From Chloroflexota bacterium (lineage in GTDB: Bacteria; Chloroflexota; Limnocylindria; Limnocylindrales; CSP1-4): 41,457 bases of DNA. The notes below the pieces were generated by a model. It saw only the letters and a list, made by a program, of their open reading frames with translations, made no database searches and was not told where the DNA came from. Below, piece by piece: positions 18,593-26,153 of the stretch. The DNA lies in assembly GCA_046732155.1 (NCBI GenBank), contig JBKPMM010000005.1:1-41457 (forward strand). Reading direction: 5' to 3'. The first letter of the stretch is position 1. Each line of letters begins with the position of its first letter. Made by a program: the position numbers and the translations under genes.

Positions 18593-19579
18593 ATGACCGA
18601 CGGTCGCTTGCGCATCGGTCTCCAGGTCTGGGGCCAGTACGTCTCCTGGGACGAGCTGATGTCGATCGGCGCCGACATCGACGCGCTCGGATTCGACGAG
18701 CTCTGGAGCAACGACCACTTCATGCCGCTCGCCTCGGGGACGGACGGGGCGGACGGCGGACTCGAAGGACCGGTGTTCGAGGGGTGGTCGATCCTGTTCG
18801 GCTGGGCGGCGCGGACCAGCGCGGCACGGATGGGCTGTCTCGTGTCGGGCGCGGGGTACCGGAATCCGGGCCTGCTCGTGAAGATGGCCACCGCACTCGA
18901 CCATGCGACGAACGGCCGAGCCGCCCTCGGGCTCGGCGGCGGTTGGTTCGCACCGGAGCATCGCGCGTTCGGGTGGGAATTCCCGCCGCTCGGGCAGCGC
19001 ATCGACCGGTTCGAGGAGGCGGCACGGATCTGTCGCGGGCTGCTGGACGGCGCGGCGGTGACGCTCGACGGGACTTGGTACACGGCCGACGGGGCGCGAA
19101 ACGATCCGCCGCCCATCCAGGCTCGTCTTCCGCTTGTCATCGGTGGCAGCGGGGAGAAGCGGACGCTCCGGATCGTCGCCGAGACCGCGGACATCTGGAA
19201 CGGCGATGCCGATACGCCGGAGTCGTTCGCGCGCCGGAACGGCATCCTCGACGAGCATTGTCAGGCCGTCGGTCGAGATCCGGGGAATATCGAGCGGACC
19301 GTCGGGCTACCGCCCCCGCTGATCCGTGGCAGCCGCGAGCAGGCCGTCGACGCCTTGACCGACATCCTCGAGCGACACGCGGTCGACCGAGCGGCCGCGC
19401 AGCGCGCCGCGGAGGCGTCGCCGTTCGCCGACACCCCCGAAGCGGTCATCGCCAGGTTGTCCGCGTATCGCGCTGCCGGCGCGAGCGCGGTGATGTTCGA
19501 CTTCCCGCCGCCGTATGACCGCCAGACGCTTGACGCGCTGGTGGGCCCCGTCCGGACCGGGCTGGCGGCACGCGCCTAG
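18593..19579 (+). CDS. Luciferase-like monooxygenase (LLM) class oxidoreductase, probable F420-dependent (Rv1855c-like)
   Basis: LRIGLQVWGQYVSWDELMSIGADIDALGFDELWSNDHF and the later GGSGEKRTLRIVAETADIWN are typical of the LLM class F420-dependent family. It begins 2 nt after the upstream stop. Confidence 0.75.
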   Translation: MTDGRLRIGLQVWGQYVSWDELMSIGADIDALGFDELWSNDHFMPLASGTDGADGGLEGPVFEGWSILFGWAARTSAARMGCLVSGAGYRNPGLLVKMATALDHATNGRAALGLGGGWFAPEHRAFGWEFPPLGQRIDRFEEAARICRGLLDGAAVTLDGTWYTADGARNDPPPIQARLPLVIGGSGEKRTLRIVAETADIWNGDADTPESFARRNGILDEHCQAVGRDPGNIERTVGLPPPLIRGSREQAVDALTDILERHAVDRAAAQRAAEASPFADTPEAVIARLSAYRAAGASAVMFDFPPPYDRQTLDALVGPVRTGLAARA

Positions 19580-19580
19580 C

Positions 19581-20966
19581 TCAGGCAGCCGGGCGGGCCA
19601 GTCGATCCCGCAGCCGCTTCCAGCGATGCCGTAGATCGGCTTCGAGTGCCGGCTCGGGCATCCCGCGCGCCCGCCGTCGGTCCGCGAGGTGCAGGCCGCG
19701 TTCGACGGTGGCCATGGCGCCGGCCGGGTCACCCGATCGGTGCTCGCGCAGCTTCGCGGCTTCGATGGCAGCGACGACCGCCGTCCGCCCCGGCCCGCAC
19801 GCGAGGGCGTCCCACGCCTCGATCGCCTCGTCGACCCGACCCAGCCGGCGCAGCAGGTGGGCGCGGTCCACGGCGATCCGTCCCTCGTCCCATGGCCGGC
19901 TGAACGCCTCCCGCCGGTCCCAGCCGGTCGAGACGTGTCGTGTCTCTGGCCGACCGCCGAAATCCGCACGTCGCTGGGGCGACCACCACGGCTCCTCGGG
20001 GATCGGCCGCGCGGACGGCGAAGCCACCGGCGTCGCCGCCGGATCCGCGGCGAGGGCCGCATCCAGACAGTCGATGGCCTCCTCCAGCCGTCGCTCGCGG
20101 CGGAACGCGCGAGCGAGTCCGGCGAGGTCGCCCCGGGGTGCGGACGAACGGACCTCGGGATCGCCGAGCCGTTGCTCGACGTGCGCGAGCAGGCGCGCAA
20201 GCGAGCGGACGTCCTCGTCGTTGTGGCGCACGACCGCCGCCAGCGGCTGGGCAGGGCCGCCTCGGAGGAACCCGAGATACCTTCCCGGGATCTCCCAGCC
20301 ATCGACGTCGTCGATCCGCGTCACACCAAGCAGCATCCGCTCGACCGTGCCCAAGCGCGCATCGTCGAGCCGGTGTCGGAACAGCCGTCGGACGTGCGGC
20401 AGCAGGTCGAGGTGACCGCCGATCTCGGGCGCCGCGCGGCGCACCATCCGGTAGCGAGTCACGAGCAGCGGCCAGTCGAAGCCGCGGCCGTTGTACGTCA
20501 CGAGCCATGCGTCGGGCGGCAGATGGCGGGCGACCTCCCCGAGCAGGACGGCTTCCTCGCCTTGGTCGGGGAGCAGCAGCTGGACCTGCCGATACGACGT
20601 CCCGGACCACCAGCCGAGTCCGATCAGGAACGCCAAGGTCCCCGCCGCCGTCGCCAGACCGGTCGTTTCCGTGTCGAGGCACACGAGCGACCGGTCGGGG
20701 GGCGGTTGACCGGGAAGTGTGGCGAGTCGCTCGCGGTCGACAGGGAGGTCGATCGCCGGTCGCTCGACACGCACGTACACGCCGTTGCTGCCGTCGACGA
20801 CCTCGCCGTCGACGGCATCCGCCAGGCGGCGCGCCAGTTCGCGGCTCGCGCTGGGCCGATACGGCAGCGGGTCGGCGGTCGAGCCGGGCCCGGGCGTGGC
20901 TGCTCGATAGCGTGCGAGCCTGCGCGCGAGCCGATCCGACGGCGGGGCGGCGTACGGGGCGGTCAT
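19581..20966 (-). CDS. mrfB: YprB/MrfB-like RNase H-fold (DEDD) exonuclease with C-terminal TPR-like region
   Basis: LVCLDTETTGL ... LVTYNGRGFDWPLL matches the YprB ribonuclease-H-like domain. The helical C-terminus has repeats (AIDCLDAALAADP, VDEAIEAWDALA). The ATG at 20966 overlaps the helicase stop (ATGA). The track ORF is extended to 21086. Confidence 0.7.
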   Translation of the reverse strand: MTAPYAAPPSDRLARRLARYRAATPGPGSTADPLPYRPSASRELARRLADAVDGEVVDGSNGVYVRVERPAIDLPVDRERLATLPGQPPPDRSLVCLDTETTGLATAAGTLAFLIGLGWWSGTSYRQVQLLLPDQGEEAVLLGEVARHLPPDAWLVTYNGRGFDWPLLVTRYRMVRRAAPEIGGHLDLLPHVRRLFRHRLDDARLGTVERMLLGVTRIDDVDGWEIPGRYLGFLRGGPAQPLAAVVRHNDEDVRSLARLLAHVEQRLGDPEVRSSAPRGDLAGLARAFRRERRLEEAIDCLDAALAADPAATPVASPSARPIPEEPWWSPQRRADFGGRPETRHVSTGWDRREAFSRPWDEGRIAVDRAHLLRRLGRVDEAIEAWDALACGPGRTAVVAAIEAAKLREHRSGDPAGAMATVERGLHLADRRRARGMPEPALEADLRHRWKRLRDRLARPAA

Positions 20967-23266
20967 CCCGCCTTGGCGAGGCGCGCGCCGGCGCCGAGCT
21001 CGGCCAGCAGCCGGAGCGCGAGCCCCTTGGCATCGACGTTCGGCTCGAGCCTGGGACCGGTGCACGAGGGGCACCCGGCATCGCACGAGCAGGCTGTGAT
21101 CAGGTCCGCGGCGCCCGCGAGCAGCTCGTCATGGCGCTGCCACAGTCGTTCGGAAAGCCCGATCCCACCAGGCACCGACTCGTACAGGTAGATCGTCGGC
21201 TCCTCGGCGTGCGGGGATCGGACCTGGGTCACGAGCCCGAGGTCGCGTGGATCGACCATCAGCAGGACCGACGCGATCGTCTGGATGGCTCGCCCCGCGC
21301 CGAGGAGCGCGATGTCAAGGTCGTCGCGGCGCCAGTGATCCCGTGCGCGATCCGCGGTGAGCCAGTACGCGGTCGTCTGCAGCTCCAGCTCAGGCAGGTC
21401 GATCGGGCCCCACCCGACGTTCTCGTCCGTGACGAACTTGAGCTTCTTGAACAGCGTCACGAGGCTCGCGACCATCACCTCGCCGTGCTTGCGCGTCCCG
21501 CCGGTCGACGGCGCCTCGGCGAAGACCTCCAGCGGCTTCAGCGTCACGGCCCGGTTGGCGTACGTGTAGTGGTCGACGTCGATCTTGTGGACGTAGGCCT
21601 TGCGCTCGTGCCACTCGAGGCGATCGACGTAGTACTGGACCGACTCGTGGATGTAGATCGCCCGCTCGTGGACGAGGACCTGCGCGCTGAAGAGGTCGAC
21701 CTCGCCGAGCACGCGCGGACGGTTCGGGGTCGTGTCGATGATCACGACGTTCTCCGGCGCCGCCGTCCGCAGCGAGATCTCCGAGGCCGGGAAGTTCTCG
21801 CTCGACCAGTACCAGCGGCCGTCGGCGGCCTGCCGGACATGGCCCTCCTCGGCCAGGAACGCCAGGAGGTCGTCGGCCGGCGCGGGGCCGAAGACCTCGC
21901 CGGGCTCGAACGGCAGCTCGAAGGTGGCCGCGCGGAGGTGCGCGAGGAGGACGTGCAGGTTGTCCGGGTCGAGGCGCGCCTCCTCAGGTGCGTTGTCGAG
22001 CAGGAACTCGGGGTGATGGATGACGTACTGGTCGACCGGGGCACCCGACGCGACCAGCACCGCGACGCTCGTGCCCTGCCGCCGGCCGGCCCGACCGAAC
22101 TGCTGCCACGTGGCGGCCACCGATCCGGGGTATCCGGCCAGGATCGATACGTCGAGCCGGCCGATGTCCACGCCGAGCTCGAGCGCGTTCGTCGAGACGA
22201 CGCCGAGGATCTCGCCGTCGCGCAGGCCCCGCTCGATCGACCGCCGCTCCGTCGGCAGGTAGCCGCCCCGATACCCGCGCACGCGACTGCGCGGGCCGAA
22301 GCTCTCGCGCAGGGACTCGCGCAACCCGGTCAACAGGAGCTCGACGGCGACGCGCGACCGGCCGAAGACGATCGTCTGGCGGCCGGCTCGCAGGAACGGC
22401 ATCGCCCAGCGCTGGGCGAGTGTGACCGCCGAGCCGCGCGCGCCGCTGGCCGGCTCCATGACCGGTGGGTCGACCAGCAGGACATGCCGCTGGCCGGACG
22501 GTGCGCCGTTCCGGTCGACGAGGCGCGCTGGTCGGCCGGTGAGCATCTGCGCGAGCTCAGCCGGGTTCCCGATCGTCGCAGAGCAACAGACGATGACCGG
22601 CTTGCTGCCGTAGTGCGCGCAGATCCGCATCAGGCGACGGAGGACGTTCGCGACGTGGCTGCCGAAGACGCCGCGGTACGTGTGGAGCTCGTCGATGACG
22701 ATCAGCTGGAGCTGCTCGAACAGCTGGAACCACTTGGTGTGGTGGGGCAGGATCGCCGAGTGGAGCATGTCAGGATTCGTGACCACGACCTGTCCCGCAG
22801 CGCGAACCGTCGAGCGGATCGGGGCGGGCGTGTCTCCGTCGTAGGTCGACGTGATGATCGAGAGGTCGGCGGATGCCGCCAGCTCGCCGAATTCGGTCAC
22901 CTGGTCCTGGCCGAGCGCCTTCGTCGGGAAGAGGAACAGCGCGCGGGCGGCGGGATCCTGGGCGATGGCCTGGAGAGTGGGAAGCGAGTAGCACAGGGTC
23001 TTGCCGGAAGCCGTCGGGGTCACGACGACGACGTCCTCGCCGGAGTGGATCGCGTCGATGGCCTCCGCCTGATGGGTGTAGAGCCGCTCGATGCCGCGCT
23101 TCGCGAGTCCCGCCACGATCCGTCCGTCGAGCCACGCGGGCATCTCGGCATACGACGGCGCGCGAGCTTCGATCACCTCGTGATGCACGACCCCGCGGTT
23201 CAGCGACGGCTCCTCGAGGACGCGAGCGAGGACCGTTGCGGCGTCGGCGGGGGCGTAGGTTCGCAT
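20963..23266 (-). CDS. mrfA: DEAD/DEAH-box SF2 helicase with C-terminal DUF1998 Cys4 domain (MrfA/YprA/SftH-like)
   Basis: Motif I TPTASGKT, motif II DELH, motif III SAT, and the C-terminal VPGGIGLSERL...ACSCDAGCPSC four-Cys cluster. A GGAGA Shine-Dalgarno lies 9 nt upstream of the ATG. Confidence 0.85.
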   Translation of the reverse strand: MRTYAPADAATVLARVLEEPSLNRGVVHHEVIEARAPSYAEMPAWLDGRIVAGLAKRGIERLYTHQAEAIDAIHSGEDVVVVTPTASGKTLCYSLPTLQAIAQDPAARALFLFPTKALGQDQVTEFGELAASADLSIITSTYDGDTPAPIRSTVRAAGQVVVTNPDMLHSAILPHHTKWFQLFEQLQLIVIDELHTYRGVFGSHVANVLRRLMRICAHYGSKPVIVCCSATIGNPAELAQMLTGRPARLVDRNGAPSGQRHVLLVDPPVMEPASGARGSAVTLAQRWAMPFLRAGRQTIVFGRSRVAVELLLTGLRESLRESFGPRSRVRGYRGGYLPTERRSIERGLRDGEILGVVSTNALELGVDIGRLDVSILAGYPGSVAATWQQFGRAGRRQGTSVAVLVASGAPVDQYVIHHPEFLLDNAPEEARLDPDNLHVLLAHLRAATFELPFEPGEVFGPAPADDLLAFLAEEGHVRQAADGRWYWSSENFPASEISLRTAAPENVVIIDTTPNRPRVLGEVDLFSAQVLVHERAIYIHESVQYYVDRLEWHERKAYVHKIDVDHYTYANRAVTLKPLEVFAEAPSTGGTRKHGEVMVASLVTLFKKLKFVTDENVGWGPIDLPELELQTTAYWLTADRARDHWRRDDLDIALLGAGRAIQTIASVLLMVDPRDLGLVTQVRSPHAEEPTIYLYESVPGGIGLSERLWQRHDELLAGAADLITACSCDAGCPSCTGPRLEPNVDAKGLALRLLAELGAGARLAKAG

Positions 23267-23285
23267 CGGCGAGCATCTCCGACTC

Positions 23286-23301
23286 TAGAACGCCTGTTCG
23301 G
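23286..23301. promoter_or_regulatory. Cheo/SOS-box-like LexA site TAGAAC-GCCT-GTTCGG
   Basis: Perfect GAAC-N4-GTTC core (23288-23299), about 8 nt upstream of the mrfA-like Shine-Dalgarno and downstream of a minus-strand TTGACG -35-like hexamer. Confidence 0.5.
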
Positions 23302-23366
23302 AATGAAGGCAGTCTAGTCGGAGCGTCAACCGCACGGATGACAGGTTGGCTGTCACAGGATCCCGG

Positions 23367-23395
23367 TTGACACTGTAGCTACGCGTAGCTACGCT
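23367..23395 (+). promoter_or_regulatory. Sigma-70-type promoter TTGACA-17 nt-TACGCT driving a leaderless transcript of the 23403 gene
   Basis: TTGACA 23367-23372, a 17-nt spacer, then TACGCT 23390-23395. The ATG lies 7 nt after the -10. The spacer and -10 contain the tandem palindromes GTAGCTAC-GC-GTAGCTAC. Confidence 0.5.
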
Positions 23396-23402
23396 CCCGC
23401 CG

Positions 23403-23897
23403 ATGTCGCGCTCGATCGACCCCGAGCCGCCCGCCCCCGACGCCGACGAGCTCGATCCGGCGACGGCCGCGTCCGGTCGTCCGACCGTCGATCTTGCGAC
23501 GCTGCCGATCGTCGGCCTGACGAGACGTCGGATCGCGATGATCGCGGCGGCGATGCTCGCAGCCTGGATCGTGATCGCCTTCGCGCGGCAGGTCGCAGAA
23601 GCGTCGGAAGCGGCGAACCGAGCTCAGGACATCGCGAGCGGTAACGCGATGCTGAGTCTCGAAGTGGCCGCGATGCAGCGGGAGCTCGAGGCGATCGGCC
23701 GGCAGCGCTTCGTCGACCTGGAGGCCCGCGCGCATGGCGTCGGCGGGATAGACGAGATCGCGTTCACGCTCGCTCCCGATTCACCTCCGCTCGCCGTCGA
23801 TGCTCCCGGATCAGCCGCTGTCCGGCTCGGAGCCGAGGTCGAGGACGTGAGCCCGCTCGAGCGCTGGCTGACGGTGCTGTTCGGGCCTTCGGGGTAG
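23403..23897 (+). CDS. Septum formation initiator (FtsB/DivIC)-like membrane protein
   Basis: A single TM (IAMIAAAMLAAWIVIAFA) is followed by a coiled-coil segment (EASEAANRAQDIASGNAMLSLEVAAMQRELEAI) and RFVDLEARAHG, an architecture typical of FtsB/DivIC. Confidence 0.5.
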   Translation: MSRSIDPEPPAPDADELDPATAASGRPTVDLATLPIVGLTRRRIAMIAAAMLAAWIVIAFARQVAEASEAANRAQDIASGNAMLSLEVAAMQRELEAIGRQRFVDLEARAHGVGGIDEIAFTLAPDSPPLAVDAPGSAAVRLGAEVEDVSPLERWLTVLFGPSG

Positions 23898-23941
23898 GGC
23901 GTCGGGGCCGCTACTGCGGTCGGCGGCCATAGCCGTCCGAT

Positions 23942-24139
23942 ATCTCTGTCAGATGCTCGTGTAGCGAGTCAACGTCAAAGATCTAGGTCACTTCAGTCCG
24001 CGACCGTGCATGACGATCCACCGTCCCGGGGCCGGCTCTGCATGACGGGCCGCGCACCGCCGCATATCGATCCGCGCACTGGCGATCCGTCGCGCAGAGT
24101 TCCTGTCGATGGCTCGCCTGGTGAGCATCTGACAGAGAT
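23942..24139. repeat. 198-bp element bounded by perfect 17-bp inverted repeats (ATCTCTGTCAGATGCTC / GAGCATCTGACAGAGAT) and flanked by CGAT direct repeats; MITE-like or long-hairpin RNA
   Basis: Left arm 23942-23958, right arm 24123-24139. CGAT is present at 23938-23941 and 24140-24143. Interior sequence continues to pair imperfectly (GCGAGTCA with its partner). It lies in a 325-bp non-coding gap. Confidence 0.5.
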
Positions 24140-24221
24140 CGATACCCACGGGCGATCGCACCGACACGCCGTAAGCCTCACGCGGACCTCCCGGACACGG
24201 ACCCCGGCGCCGGCGCGCTTA

Positions 24222-24467
24222 TCACCACTCCATCGACATCGGTTCCGGCGGCGGCTTCGGCGGGTCGTCTGACCGTTCGTACTCCGCGTGCGCGTCGTCG
24301 AGCGCATCGATCGCGCCACCCTCGGCATTCGTGTCGTTCAGGTGTCGACGGATCGACGCGTAGTCGTCCCCGGTCAGCGTCCTGTCACCCGCGATCTTGT
24401 CGGCGATCTCGCCGATCGCGTCGTCGCGTTCACGTTGCGATCCCAGCCACTCTCGGAATGTCGGCAC
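24222..24467 (-). CDS. YozE SAM-like domain small protein
   Basis: 81 aa. TFREWLGSQRERDDAIGEIADKI...DYASIRRHLND...IDALDDAHAEYE parallels B. subtilis YozE (SFYHYLLKYR...ISEFANQA...DYHEISSYLE...FDEAWDQYE). The GTG start has a GGGAGGA Shine-Dalgarno 6 nt upstream. Confidence 0.55.
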   Translation of the reverse strand: MPTFREWLGSQRERDDAIGEIADKIAGDRTLTGDDYASIRRHLNDTNAEGGAIDALDDAHAEYERSDDPPKPPPEPMSMEW

Positions 24468-24513
24468 TCGAAGTCCTCCCGCATCGATGGGCGTGCTCGT
24501 TATCCTGCGCCAG

Positions 24514-25029
24514 ATGACCGCCGCGGACCGAACCGCCGAATACGCGCGGATCCTTGCTGAGAACCGCCGCTACACGGACGCGTTCGATCGATCGGCGCTG
24601 ACCGCGAAGCCGCTGTCGCGCCTGGCCGTCGTCGCGTGCATGGACGCGCGACTCGATGTCGAGGAGACGCTCGGGCTGCGTACGGGCGATGCCCACATCA
24701 TCCGGAACGCCGGCGGACTCGTGACCGACGACGTGATCCGGTCGTTGATCGTCAGCGTCGAGATGCTCGGGACGCAGGAGATCGTGGTGATCGAGCACAC
24801 GCGGTGCGGTCTTCAGGACTTGGATGAGGACGCCCTGCGCGCCCGCGTCGCCCAGGACAGCGACGGGCGCGGCGACAGCGAGGTCATGACCTTCGGAGCC
24901 TTCACGGATCTGGAGGAGAACCTGCGCCACCAGATCGCGATCCTGCGTGAGCATCCACTCCTCGGCCGCCTGGCGATCCACGGCCTCCTCTTCGACGTCT
25001 CGAACGGCCGCCTGACCGAGCCCGCCTGA
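24514..25029 (+). CDS. Beta-class carbonic anhydrase
   Basis: The VVACMDARLD (CxDxR) and VIEHTRCG (HxxC) zinc-ligand motifs are present. The start was chosen at MTAADRTAEY (ATG 24514) because the track ORF start at 24397 would overlap the divergent YozE-like gene. Confidence 0.85.
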   Translation: MTAADRTAEYARILAENRRYTDAFDRSALTAKPLSRLAVVACMDARLDVEETLGLRTGDAHIIRNAGGLVTDDVIRSLIVSVEMLGTQEIVVIEHTRCGLQDLDEDALRARVAQDSDGRGDSEVMTFGAFTDLEENLRHQIAILREHPLLGRLAIHGLLFDVSNGRLTEPA

Positions 25030-25163
25030 CCCGTCAGGAGGGGGTCTCGCGATGACGCTTGCGTCGTCATGATGCGGTTGCAAGGCCGTCGGCCCGATCC
25101 GCGAGACCCGCCCTCGCGCCACGCCTCGTATCCTGCTGCCGGCGCGGAGGAGGCGTCCTCACC

Positions 25164-26060
25164 ATGAAGTGGAAGCGGAATACGGGATTCGATCAGATCG
25201 AGGACCGCCGCGGACAGGGCGGCGGTGGTTCGTTCGGATTCCCGACGGGCGGCACCGGATCGGCGATCCCGATCCCGCTCCCGGGCAAGGCCGGTGGCGG
25301 CTTGGGCGGGATCATCGTCCTCGTCGTGCTGTTCCTGCTGTTCAGCGGGGTGCTCGGCGGCAGCGGCTCGATCCCCGGCATGGGCGGGCTCTCGGGTGGC
25401 GGGGCGGTCGAACCCGGTGGCACGCTCGACCCGCAAAGCGACACCGACCAGCAGCTTGCCTACATCGTCGACAACATCCAGGACTTCTGGTCGACGACCT
25501 TCAGCCAGTCGGGACGGGACTACACGAGGACCAAGCTCGTCCTGTTCGATGGGTCGACGCAGTCGAGCTGCGGTCCGGCGTCGGCCGCGACGGGGCCGTT
25601 CTACTGCCCGGCCGACCAGAAGGTCTACCTCGATCTCGGCTTCATGGACGAGCTCAAGTCCCGCTTTGGCGCGAAGGGCGGTGACTTCGCGATGGCATAC
25701 GTGGTCGCGCACGAGTTCGGACATCACGTGCAGACCGAACTCGGCATATCCGATCAGGTCCAGCAGATGGCCCAGCAGGACCCGAGCCGGCGGAACGACC
25801 TGTCCGTCCGCCAGGAACTCCAGGCCGACTGTCTGGCGGGGGTCTGGGCGCATTCGGACCAGGCCGATCTCGAGGCGGGAGACATCGAGGAGGCGCTCAG
25901 TGCGGCCGCTGCGGTCGGTGACGACCGGATCCAGAAGTCGACGACGGGGCAGGTCAACCCCGAGACATGGACCCACGGCTCGGCCGAGCAACGGACAGCG
26001 TGGTTCACGCGCGGGTACAGGAACGGCAACCCGGACGACTGCGATACGTTCGCCCAGTAG
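25164..26060 (+). CDS. YpfJ-type (KPN_02809 family) neutral zinc metallopeptidase
   Basis: MKWKRNTGFDQIEDRRG N-terminus, a Gly-rich TM region and the HEFGHH zinc motif. GGAGGAGG lies about 11 nt upstream of ATG 25164. Confidence 0.85.
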   Translation: MKWKRNTGFDQIEDRRGQGGGGSFGFPTGGTGSAIPIPLPGKAGGGLGGIIVLVVLFLLFSGVLGGSGSIPGMGGLSGGGAVEPGGTLDPQSDTDQQLAYIVDNIQDFWSTTFSQSGRDYTRTKLVLFDGSTQSSCGPASAATGPFYCPADQKVYLDLGFMDELKSRFGAKGGDFAMAYVVAHEFGHHVQTELGISDQVQQMAQQDPSRRNDLSVRQELQADCLAGVWAHSDQADLEAGDIEEALSAAAAVGDDRIQKSTTGQVNPETWTHGSAEQRTAWFTRGYRNGNPDDCDTFAQ

Positions 26061-26153
26061 CCCGTACGACCCCCTTCCCAGGGTGACAGACGTGACGTAG
26101 AGTCCCTGCCTCGACGACGGGGCCGCCCCGACGTCTACTCGGGGTGATCACGG

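Noticed and set aside
20963-23266. DUF1998 helicase as a Druantia (DruE)-type anti-phage component
   Set aside because: At 767 aa it is far smaller than DruE-type proteins. It is translationally coupled to a YprB-type exonuclease and preceded by an SOS-like box, which fits the MrfAB repair module rather than a defence island.
19940-23317. 1125-aa plus-strand ORF covering the whole helicase/exonuclease region
   Set aside because: It is antisense to two genes with clear conserved motifs. The product is Arg/Pro/Gly-rich low complexity with no recognisable domain. This is a typical long antisense ORF of very GC-rich DNA.
23993-24328. ORFs of 111 aa (minus) and 88 aa (plus, 24006-24272) in the FtsB-YozE gap
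   Set aside because: They lie inside or across the inverted-repeat element, have no Shine-Dalgarno or leaderless promoter context, and their products are Arg-rich low complexity.
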